24,000 nt of DNA from Desulfurococcus sp. (GTDB lineage Archaea > Thermoproteota > Thermoprotei_A > Sulfolobales > Desulfurococcaceae). The stretch spans positions 55,138 to 79,137 of the forward strand of contig NZ_JAVZPN010000001.1 in the NCBI RefSeq assembly GCF_038881575.1, given 5' to 3'. Of the stretch, positions 8,678 to 16,346 are shown in pieces. The translations under genes and the position numbers were made by a program. The notes under the pieces are model-generated. The model saw nothing but the letters and a program-made list of their open reading frames with translations. It was not told the origin of the DNA and ran no database searches. Position 1 is the first letter of the stretch. The number at the start of each line of letters is the position of its first letter.

Positions 8678-10645
8678 TTGTCTAGGAAGATCTTCCACAC
8701 ACTTCTCTCAGTAAGGGAAGCAGTTGAGGAAGTTGTGAAACGGGTGAAGCCTGCCCCAAAAGGGGTAGAGGAGGTTGGTTTAAGGGAAGCCCTTTGGAGG
8801 ATACTAGCAGAAGACATATATGCACTGGTCGACCACCCGCCCTTCGATAGGAGCGAGGTAGATGGTTACGCTGTGAGAAGCATTGATATAGAGTGGAGTG
8901 ATGAATTATCCCCGGTTGAACTCAAGGTAGCTGGCTCAGTAGGGGTTGGTGAGGGACCCAGTATTGCATGCAGGCCTGGTGAAGCAGTTGAAGTTGCCAC
9001 TGGAGCAATGGTGCCAATGGACTGCGACTCCATCGTGATGGAGGAGTACACTGAGAGAACCGGTGAAGTAGTCAAGGTTTTCAGGAGTACGAGTCCCGGT
9101 GAAAACATCTCGACCGCTGGTAGTGATGTATCGGCTGGAGACCTAGTCCTCCTCAAGGGTACCAGGCTCAGTCACGAGCATATAGCTTTACTAGCTGGCC
9201 TAGGGGTTGGAAGGATCCCCGTGTACGTGAGGCCCAGGGCTGCAGTATACTCGACCGGCGACGAGGTCGTGGAGCCAGGTGAGCCGCTGAGTGCCGGCAA
9301 GGTCTATGATGTAAACGGCTACCTTGTGACAAGCTATCTCAGGGAGCTCGGGGTTGATGCTGTATTCAAGGGCCGCCTCCCTGATGACTATGGGAGGCTG
9401 AAGAACGCTATAGAAAGCGATCTCGGAAGCTATGATATGGTTTTCACTAGTGGAGGTACAAGCGCTGGGATCAGGGATCTCGTATACAGGGTGTTCGAGG
9501 AGCTGGGTGAGGTGGTGGTGCATGGTTTGAAGACTAAGCCGGGTAAGCCAACGGTTATAGCTGTATCCAGCGGTAAGCTCCTCATAGGTCTTCCAGGCTT
9601 CCCCTTATCATGCTACATGATACTGAGGGGTGTTGTGAAGCCCATTGTCTCGCTTATGACTGGTCTCAGGGAGGATGAGAGGGTGGTGGAGGCCACTCTA
9701 CCGGTTAGGGTGAGGAAGCAGGTTGGTAAGGCCTGGTTGATACCCGTATCACTGGTTGAAGGGGTCAACGGGTATTCAGCGTACCCCGTATCCTTCAGTA
9801 GTGGTAGCATAGCCTCGCTTATCTATAGTGATGGATACGTTGAGCTCCCGGAGGACCTGGATACCGCTGAAGCCGGGAGCAGGGTGAAGGTCTACTTGTT
9901 CAGGGATCCTCCACCGCCCGGGAGACTTAATATCATCGGGAGCAATGACCCCTTACTCATGGAGTTGTTGAAGGCTACTGGGCTAGCTTACTCCAGCAGG
10001 GTGTTGAACACGGGTAGCCTCGCCGGCTGGCATGCCGTAGCAAGGGGTGAGGCGGATATAGCTCCAACCCACCTACTAGACGAGGAGACACTGGTCTACA
10101 ATACACCATTCCTCAAGAAGTTCAACCTGGAGGGTAAAGCAGTGTTGATCAGGGGCTTCGACAGGCTTATAGGGATAGTAACGGCTCCAGGCAACCCTAA
10201 GAAGATAGAGGGTATAGAGGACTTCCTCAGAAGCGACGTCAGGATAGTTAACAGGGTAAGGGGCTCCGGGATCAGGACTTACCTAGACCACCACCTTAAG
10301 AAGATACTTAGTGAGAAGGGGATACCCTTCGCAAGGGTGAGGGAGCTTGTGAAAGGCTATACATACGAGGTAAAGACGCATACAGCTGTAGCACTAGCGG
10401 TGAAACAGGGGAGGGCGGATGCAGGAATAGCGGTAGGCTACGTAGCGGAGCTATTCAACCTAGGCTTCAAGCCGTTGACATGGGAGGAGTACGACCTACT
10501 AGTACCCGTGGAGAAACAGGGGAAGCCAGGTGTAAGGAGGCTTATAGATATACTGGTTAACAGAGAAGCAATCGAGCCACTACTCCAAGGCAAATACGGT
10601 AAATACTACAGGATACCGGTGAACACGGGGAAGCCGAAAACATAG
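8678..10645 (+). CDS. moeA: Molybdopterin molybdenumtransferase MoeA fused to a C-terminal periplasmic-binding-protein-like domain
   Basis: MoeA N-domain (DHPPFDRSEVDGYAV), MoCF domain (VYSTGDE...TSGGTSAG), then a ~240 aa PBP-like extension (NIIGSNDPLL...). TTG start. Confidence 0.8.
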   Translation: MSRKIFHTLLSVREAVEEVVKRVKPAPKGVEEVGLREALWRILAEDIYALVDHPPFDRSEVDGYAVRSIDIEWSDELSPVELKVAGSVGVGEGPSIACRPGEAVEVATGAMVPMDCDSIVMEEYTERTGEVVKVFRSTSPGENISTAGSDVSAGDLVLLKGTRLSHEHIALLAGLGVGRIPVYVRPRAAVYSTGDEVVEPGEPLSAGKVYDVNGYLVTSYLRELGVDAVFKGRLPDDYGRLKNAIESDLGSYDMVFTSGGTSAGIRDLVYRVFEELGEVVVHGLKTKPGKPTVIAVSSGKLLIGLPGFPLSCYMILRGVVKPIVSLMTGLREDERVVEATLPVRVRKQVGKAWLIPVSLVEGVNGYSAYPVSFSSGSIASLIYSDGYVELPEDLDTAEAGSRVKVYLFRDPPPPGRLNIIGSNDPLLMELLKATGLAYSSRVLNTGSLAGWHAVARGEADIAPTHLLDEETLVYNTPFLKKFNLEGKAVLIRGFDRLIGIVTAPGNPKKIEGIEDFLRSDVRIVNRVRGSGIRTYLDHHLKKILSEKGIPFARVRELVKGYTYEVKTHTAVALAVKQGRADAGIAVGYVAELFNLGFKPLTWEEYDLLVPVEKQGKPGVRRLIDILVNREAIEPLLQGKYGKYYRIPVNTGKPKT

Positions 10646-10680
10646 TAGACAGCGAGGAGTAAAGCGATATACACTAGTTA

Positions 10681-10768
10681 ATCAATGATTGAACACAGTA
10701 GGCTCCATAAGGGGGCAACCCAGCAGCTCGCGGAATTAGTGAAATCCCTGAGTAGGGGAATCATTGAT
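10681..10768 (+). repeat. IS right-end-like segment enclosed by a perfect 10-bp inverted repeat
   Basis: ATCAATGATT (10681-10690) pairs with AATCATTGAT (10759-10768). The interior has CCATAAGGGGG and AATCCCTGA (10743-10751), the latter identical to the 9-mer near the end of the tnpB right end (15697-15705). Confidence 0.4.
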
Positions 10769-10965
10769 GCTAGAAAACCCGTGAAAACCGCTTCCCAAGT
10801 CGTTAAAGGTTACCGTGTTCCCTCATAGTAGATAGATCCCTTGTCCACACAGCTGGGAAAGAGTCAGTACAGCTGACCCAGTGTAACCATTATGGATGCT
10901 TTCAGTTTTTATTATCGATTCCTTGTCTATGCAAACATAATACAGGGATTAAAAGTTGTGGCATG

Positions 10966-12321
10966 CTAGATCTGACTTGCTATGTCCAGTATTTTCATTA
11001 CTGCGTGTACCGCTGTTTCCGCGAATACCCTGATCATTGCTTCTTTACCAGTGTCTCCTGTATCGTAGACTATATCTGCTTTACTGTCTATTGTGAATGC
11101 CTCCCTTATTATCCATGGTATTGACGCGCCTTCTTTCTGCTTTACTTCTGATGGTTCACGTGTTCTATCTATATAGACTATCCTGTATCCTTTTCTAGCT
11201 GCTTTCTCAATGAACCCCCTGCTGTAGGCTATGTTGACTACTGCCCTTACCTCTGGATTATGCTTCACTGCCTCTAGGAGGGCTCTTGCCAGGTGGCTTG
11301 ACGCCCCCGGCTTCACGGGGCCCACCGGCTTCACTGTGTCCATGTATCGTACTATCCTACCTGCCACCGCTGCAACGTCTTCTATTCCCCTAGCGTACAG
11401 GGGGTTTATGATCCTAGCTATATTCATCCCTACCTCGGGGACTAGATGCTTGAATACATCCCTGTTCTCGAGAACCAGTTCAACGGCTTCCTCTACATCC
11501 ATTATTGCCCAGTATTTTTCAGCAGGTATAGCGAGCCACGCAGCAGGGTTCACTGGGCAATGCCCCTTCCCCACCCTGTACCCGTAGCTTATAGCCGTGG
11601 ATATGAATTCCTTAGCTAACTTCACGGCCTCAGGGATCTCGAGTCCCTTGGCCAGCCCGGCGGTTATAGCCGCTGAGAAGCTGCATCCCCCTCCATGGCT
11701 ACATGGCTGGCTTATCCTTGGAGCCCTGTACTCCCTGTACCCGCCACGCCAGTAGAGGACATCGATTGACTCATCGCCCTCCATGTGTCCACCTTTCACC
11801 ACGACCGCCTCGACACCTGTTTCAACAGCTATTACTCTAGCAGCCCTCCTAGCATCCTCGAGGTTCCTTATCTCCATGCCTGCCAACACTTCTGCCTCAG
11901 GCTTATTCGGGGTAGCTACTTTAGCCAGGGGGAGCAGCTTCTCAACGAGCGCTTTAACAGCGTCCTCCCTGAGGAGCCTGGCCCCGGTTTTAGCTATCAT
12001 GACTGGGTCTACTACGAGCGGGAACCCGTATTTCTCGACTGCCCTAGCTACAGCCTCTATGATCCCGGTATTACTCAGCATACCTGTCTTGGCGGCATCA
12101 ACCCCTATGTCCTCAGCCACGGCTTCTATCTGCTTATAAACGATCTCGGGCGGAATATCATGGATGGCTGTGACAGCCACCGTGTTCTGAGCTGTTACAC
12201 TAGTGACTGCTACAGCACCGTGCACGCCTAGAGCCGTAAACGTCTTGAGATCCGCCTCTATCCCTGCTCCACCGCCTGAATCGCTTCCAGCTATGGTTAA
12301 CGCGACCTGGATGGGTTTCAA
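10966..12321 (-). CDS. thiDN: Bifunctional HMP/HMP-P kinase ThiD fused to ThiN-type thiamine-phosphate synthase (ThiDN)
   Basis: 451 aa. The N-terminal ThiD ribokinase-like fold starts with a [10 protein letters not shown] motif. The C-terminal ~180 aa extension is typical of the archaeal ThiN domain. Confidence 0.85.
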   Translation of the reverse strand: MKPIQVALTIAGSDSGGGAGIEADLKTFTALGVHGAVAVTSVTAQNTVAVTAIHDIPPEIVYKQIEAVAEDIGVDAAKTGMLSNTGIIEAVARAVEKYGFPLVVDPVMIAKTGARLLREDAVKALVEKLLPLAKVATPNKPEAEVLAGMEIRNLEDARRAARVIAVETGVEAVVVKGGHMEGDESIDVLYWRGGYREYRAPRISQPCSHGGGCSFSAAITAGLAKGLEIPEAVKLAKEFISTAISYGYRVGKGHCPVNPAAWLAIPAEKYWAIMDVEEAVELVLENRDVFKHLVPEVGMNIARIINPLYARGIEDVAAVAGRIVRYMDTVKPVGPVKPGASSHLARALLEAVKHNPEVRAVVNIAYSRGFIEKAARKGYRIVYIDRTREPSEVKQKEGASIPWIIREAFTIDSKADIVYDTGDTGKEAMIRVFAETAVHAVMKILDIASQI

Positions 12322-12368
12322 TTATACTCCCTCCATGATAACCAGGTATTACATGATACGATAACAAA

Positions 12369-12375
12369 TTTATAA
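12369..12375 (+). promoter_or_regulatory. TATA box candidate for thi4
   Basis: TTTATAA (within TTTATAAGC), centred ~37 nt upstream of the thi4 ATG. It lies in the 87-bp divergent thiDN/thi4 spacer. Confidence 0.4.
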
Positions 12376-12408
12376 GCTTAACCCAGGATAGAAACAAGTG
12401 GTGAAACC

Positions 12409-13191
12409 ATGAGCCTTGAATCCCATATAACCCGAGTCATATGGGAGGAAGCCTCAAGGGACTGGGTGGAACTAAGCAGCTGCGACGTAGTAGTAGTAGG
12501 GGCAGGACCCTCAGGCCTCACAGCCGCTAAATATCTGGCTGAGAAAGGATTGAAGACCCTCGTACTAGAGAGGAGGCTTAGCTTCGGCGGGGGAATAGGC
12601 GGCGGAGGAATGCTCCTCCACAAGGCTGTAGTCGATGAAAGAGGATTAGGGATCCTCATGGACTTCAATATAAGGTATAAGCCGTCAAGCATCAAGGGGC
12701 TATACGTGGTGGACACAGCAGAGTTAACAGCTAAGCTAGCCGCCAGAGCCCTCGATGCTGGAGCGAAGATCATACCAGGAATATCAGTAGAAGATGTCAT
12801 TGTGAGATACAACCCGTTCAGGGTGCAGGGAGTAGTAGTAGAGTGGAGCGCCGTCCAGTTCTCAGGACTGCATGTAGACCCATTATTCATAGAGTCAAAA
12901 GCAGTCATAGATGCAACAGGCCACGACGCCGAGGTGTTGAGGATACTCGAGAAGAAGAATCCTGAGTCCAAGGTCAAGATACCCGGAGAGAAATCAGCAT
13001 ACAGCGAGAAAGCAGATGTAGACGTCGTAGAGTACACGGGGAGAGTGATCCCAGGCCTCTATGCCACTGGAATGGCGGTCGCAGCAGTACACGGCTTAAA
13101 CAGGATGGGGCCAATATTCACAGGCATGCTACTCTCAGGGAGAAAAGTAGCCGAGGCAGTAATAAGAGACCTGGAATCAGCACCGAAGTAG
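12409..13191 (+). CDS. thi4: Thiamine thiazole synthase Thi4 (non-Cys type)
   Basis: Dinucleotide fold [57 protein letters not shown]. The only Cys is residue 25. Confidence 0.85.
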   Translation: MSLESHITRVIWEEASRDWVELSSCDVVVVGAGPSGLTAAKYLAEKGLKTLVLERRLSFGGGIGGGGMLLHKAVVDERGLGILMDFNIRYKPSSIKGLYVVDTAELTAKLAARALDAGAKIIPGISVEDVIVRYNPFRVQGVVVEWSAVQFSGLHVDPLFIESKAVIDATGHDAEVLRILEKKNPESKVKIPGEKSAYSEKADVDVVEYTGRVIPGLYATGMAVAAVHGLNRMGPIFTGMLLSGRKVAEAVIRDLESAPK

Positions 13192-13965
13192 CTTATTCAG
13201 GGGATTCGGGCTTCATAGGGTTTGATATTGTTTGATATCAAGTCCTCTGCCCTTGGGTTCGGGTCTGGTGAATACTTGTGATCACTTGTAAGTACTTCTA
13301 AATACTTTCTTCATCCCCTCATCCCTTGTTCCCCCGCTCTGTCTGGCTTCACTCTTCATTGCGGGGGCGCTTTGGGGTGACCCGGGCACCCCCGCATACG
13401 CCTGCATAGCTTTTAACCAGATGTTTGTTGCTCCAATAGAGTCTCTATCCATTTTTAGTCTGCATTTTATGCATATAGCTAATCTATTGATGTACACTAG
13501 TCTGCTTCTGCATCTTGGGCACAGTGACGAGGTGTTTCTCGGGTCTACAACTACTATTGGGATGTTGTACTCCAATGCCTTGCTCACTATGGAGTGAATG
13601 AGCCTTCTGTACGCAAACCTCGCCAGCTTCCACCTAATGCTCTTCTCTCTGCTGTTCGCACTTTCTAGAAGCTTATCGAGGCTCTCTAGCACTATGGCGT
13701 GTCTGAGTTTGAAGGCTTTTAGAGTCAGCTTCTTGGCTGCCTTCCAGCACCAGTCAACAACAATATTCCTAGACCTCCTGTGCAATGACCTAACCCTATT
13801 CAGGATTCTGCTATTGTACCTCCACATCCTCGGATACCTCCTCTGAAGCTCCTCAGCTCTAGCCCTCTTGCTCAAAGCCTCTACAAACCTCGTCCTATAC
13901 CTCTTGACTTCAAATCCATCGAATGTTGTAAGTTGCTTGAGGTTTACAACTGAAAGCCTCGCCAT
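13192..13965 (-). mobile_element. 5'-truncated IS200/IS605-family (TnpB-only, IS1341-like) element remnant
   Basis: Holds the tnpB 3' two-thirds plus ~90 bp of right end. The right end finishes with the reverse complement AATCCCCTGA (13197-13206), directly abutting the thi4 TAG (13189-13191). Confidence 0.7.
13282..13965 (-). pseudogene. tnpB: Truncated tnpB (RuvC-II/III and zinc finger retained; N-terminal WED/REC region missing)
   Basis: IVLESLDKL (RuvC-II Glu), CPRC...CIKC zinc finger, MDRDSIGATNI (RuvC-III Asp). It begins at LSVVNLKQ, where an intact copy has LAVDINEK, so the RuvC-I Asp appears replaced by Val. Confidence 0.7.
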
Positions 13966-13983
13966 TTATGGCGGGGATGAAGA

Positions 13984-13990
13984 TTTATAA
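13984..13990 (+). promoter_or_regulatory. TATA box candidate for the small RHH-like ORF
   Basis: TTTATAA (TTTATAAGC), centred ~40 nt upstream of TTG 14027. Confidence 0.3.
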
Positions 13991-14026
13991 GCCTCTGTAT
14001 TCTGTTTCTGGTTATGGTGCTCTAGC

Positions 14027-14173
14027 TTGAGCGAGCGAGAGAAGGCTACTGAGGATGTGAAGGTTAGGCCTAGCACTAAGAGGAAGCTAGATGCTTTGAA
14101 GTCCCATCCTAGGGAGACGTATGACCAGGTTATAACAAGGCTTATAGAGTTCTATGAGAAGCATAAGCAGTAG
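14027..14173 (+). CDS. Small ribbon-helix-helix/antitoxin-like protein (38-48 aa; below the ORF-track cutoff)
   Basis: Manual translation from TTG 14027 (or GTG 14057): (L)SEREKATEDVKVRPSTKRKLDALKSHPRETYDQVITRLIEFYEKHKQ*. The pattern xVxxxTxxxLxxLKxxxxESxxxVIxxL resembles small archaeal CopG/VapB-like antitoxins. Confidence 0.35.
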   Translation: MSEREKATEDVKVRPSTKRKLDALKSHPRETYDQVITRLIEFYEKHKQ

Positions 14174-14186
14174 AGGTTTTTCTTCA

Positions 14187-14537
14187 ATGGGCGATGAGGG
14201 TTTCCTAACCCTGGCTATTGGGGTGAGGGTTAGCCCCGAGCCCGAGGCTGTAGAGCTTCTAAAGAGGTATAGAGATGCTCTGAACTATGCTATTAAAGTG
14301 GTTATAGAGAACAAAGCAACATCGTTGAGTAAGGCCCATAAACTTTTGTACAACACCTTGAAGAATAGGTTCGGATTACCATCGAGAATAGCTCAAGACT
14401 GCTATAGAGAGGCTATTGTGATTGTAAAGTCTTGGCTTAAGAACCCGAGGCGTGGGAGAATACCGAGGGTTAAAACGCTTAGGATGTGGCTAGCCCATGG
14501 ATATGGCTACAGGATTAGAAATGGGGTTCAGCTCTGA
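14187..14537 (+). pseudogene. tnpB: tnpB N-terminal segment (WED/REC region)
   Basis: LTLAIGVRVSPEPEAVELLKRYRDALNYAI...DCYREAIVIVKSWLKN...PRVKTLRMWL is the typical TnpB/OrfB N-terminal pattern. It ends at TGA 14535-14537, before any RuvC motif. Confidence 0.65.
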
Positions 14538-14781
14538 TGTAGGTTTATGTTGGTTGATGTCATCGCCTCATCTCTTTTCCCCTGCATTGGTCTTGGGTTT
14601 GCATCACCCTTAGGGGCGTTCAGGGTGACCCCGGGCACCCCACATCTTGCTGTGTCTCGGGGAGAGCCGCCATCTATATTATCAAACGGCTCTCGATCCC
14701 TCATCGAGGTACCTCCGCGTATATTACTGTATCAAGGGTGTTTATAAGCGTTTCCATCATTATCAACCGATACGAACAGAT
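14538..14781 (-). mobile_element. Nested relic of a second tnpB 3' end (boundaries approximate)
   Basis: 14561-14645 is a same-strand repeat of 13311-13395: CATCGCCTCATCTCTT vs CATCCCCTCATCCCTT, and GGTGACCCCGGGCACCC vs GGTGACCCGGGCACCC. The minus-strand translation ...CGVPGVTLNAPKGDANPRPMQGKRDEAM parallels ...AGVPGSPQSAPAMKSEARQSGGTRDEGM. Confidence 0.6.
14741..14747 (+). promoter_or_regulatory. TATA box candidate inside the nested relic, upstream of the tnpB C-terminal segment
   Basis: TTTATAA (TTTATAAGC), centred ~38 nt upstream of ATG 14782. Confidence 0.3.
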
Positions 14782-15657
14782 ATGAAAAACGAAACAGTTG
14801 CACTAGGCTTTGCTGAGATCATTGGAGGCTATAGACTTAGGATAATTGGCTGGGACAAGAGATATGATCAGTACGAGAGCAGAGAGGCTAGGTTGGTGTA
14901 TAGAAACGGTAAGATGTTTCTTATGATAGCGAAGAGGGTTCCAAAGCCGGCTAAGTATGCTCCAAGAGGTGTCTTGGCGGTAGATATTAACGAGAAGCAT
15001 ATTGTTCTAGGGAACACTGTTTTTGAGAAGAGGGTTGAGACGCCAATCAAGAGGGCTCTACACTTCAAGATACTTGCTGAGAACCTCATGAAGAAGTATA
15101 GCCATGGGAAATACAGGGCATGGACTAGGAAAAAGGTTCTCGAGAGGATTAGAAGCTTCCACAGAAGAGCTAGAAACATTCTCTTGGACTGGGCAAGAAA
15201 AACAGGCTTGGCGATTGTTAGAGAAGCTATGAAAAACCTCTACGCAGTCGCTAGAGAGGACCTCAACGGCTTGATTGAATCTGTTAGAGAGCTTCCGAAG
15301 AGCCATAGAAAGAAACTTATTCTACTCTCTTACAACAAGCTAGTGTATTGGATAGACTGGCAAGCAGAGAAGCATGGCGTGCCAGTGATAACAGTTGATC
15401 CCAGAGGCACATCATCAACATGTCCAAGATGCGGAGCGAAATTCAGAGAAAATGGCTACAGAAGGCTAAAATGCATGAAATGTGGATTCGAAGGAGATAG
15501 AGATACCATTGCTATCCTAAACATTGAGAGAAGAGCTTTAGCCAAGCTCCAGATGGGAGGAGCCCTGGCCCCCTCGACTGCCCCGCAAATGAAAGATGTA
15601 GCCCCGAATAGATGCGGGGAACCAATGAACCCCCTAAAGGGAACCCTCGCCCTTTAG
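14782..15657 (+). pseudogene. tnpB: tnpB C-terminal segment (complete RuvC triad and zinc finger; lacks the first ~120 aa)
   Basis: LAVDINEK (RuvC-I Asp), AVAREDLNG (RuvC-II Glu), CPRCG...CMKCG zinc finger, EGDRDTIAILNI (RuvC-III Asp). The ORF-track start 14647 reads through the nested relic. ATG 14782 is the first start within TnpB-like sequence. Confidence 0.7.
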
Positions 15658-15708
15658 GGCGGGGAGGAGGTCAGCTGCTACCACCAGCCGCGGTGGAATC
15701 CCTGATTC
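15644..15708 (+). repeat. Reference copy of the IS right-end sequence (overlaps the tnpB stop; expected omega-RNA scaffold 3' part)
   Basis: CCCTCGCCCTTTAGGGCGGGGAGGAGGTCAGCTGCTACCACCAGCCGCGGTGGAATCCCTGATTC. It contains GCCC/GGGC and CCACC/GGTGG hairpin arms. The 16-mer core at 15651-15666 recurs at 2754-2769(-), 17007-17022(+) and 21443-21458(-). Confidence 0.65.
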
Positions 15709-16346
15709 TACCTGGTAAAATACTCGTCAAGGCCAAGGCTAAGGGGCGAATACTATACTATAAAGACGCAGGCTTCGCAAGGAAACAGGTTGAAGCAGGT
15801 GAGACAGTAGAGATCTAGCTCATGTTTTCTTCGACTTAAACCCGCAATCCCTGTTCTATCTAGTAATTCAAGTAGTTCATTGAGGTATGGCATATCGTTT
15901 CCTCCAATCATATCGCTCCACACCTTTTTGTTTCATTAAGGCATAAAGAGATACAGCTCGACACAGAAAGCTATAATCTAATGTTTCTGCCCAGTTCACC
16001 AGGGGAATTTATATCGCCAGGTGAATACAGGTGCTGAAAATTTTTCGGTGTTTAGAGGAGGGGTTTATATGGGTTGGTGGGCTGGGTGGAGTCCCTAGGT
16101 GAAACCATATAAAATGATTGGAGCGAACACCCAGGGAGAAACAACAATATCCTTATATATCATTCTAATTCTACTAGTCCCCTGGGAAGGCTGATGTGTA
16201 CGTGAAAAACCCTCTAGGGGGAGGCAAGCCTGAAGGCGAGTTTATGATGATGCCCGGTGTCTCAGTGCTCCTTAGCGATGCTAACCCGGCTAGTGTTAAA
16301 GCATATATAAATGCTGTCCTCAAGTGTGGTGAATGCTAGCCATAAT

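Larger units (their letters stand above)
14187..15708 (+). mobile_element. IS200/IS605-family TnpB-only element with interrupted tnpB
   Basis: The N-terminal and C-terminal tnpB segments are separated by a ~250 bp foreign segment. The right end runs ~50 nt past the stop, to about ...GGTGGAATCCCTGATTC (15708). Confidence 0.7.

Noticed and set aside
10646-10965. TPP riboswitch near the thiamine genes
   Set aside because: The spacer is downstream of both flanking genes. I could not find the conserved THI-box (CTGAGA ... ACCTGATCTGGATAATGCCAGCG-like) there or in the 87-bp thiDN/thi4 spacer.
11231-12231. Plus-strand ORFs inside thiDN (11231-11587, 11783-12139, 11785-12231)
   Set aside because: They are antisense shadow ORFs of a confidently identified gene.
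12378-13037. 219-aa minus-strand ORF
   Set aside because: It is fully antisense to the well-supported thi4 gene. The translation is low-complexity and Ser/Thr/Pro-rich, typical of a shadow ORF.
14547-14781. ORF 14547-14747 and the first 45 codons of ORF 14647-15657
   Set aside because: They read through the nested tnpB 3'-end relic on the wrong strand or frame and have no TnpB-like sequence. The TnpB-like sequence begins near 14782-14795.
15612-15818. 68-aa ORF overlapping the tnpB stop
   Set aside because: Its first half is the IS right end read in another frame. Only the last ~37 codons outside the element might be a genuine gene remnant (reported as a low-confidence finding).
16244-16250. 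Perfect C-box-like ATGATGA, possible C/D box sRNA
   Set aside because: No CTGA D box or D'/C' pair at the expected 12-nt or ~50-60 nt spacing on that strand. The motif also coincides with three consecutive ATG codons of a weak 31-codon ORF.
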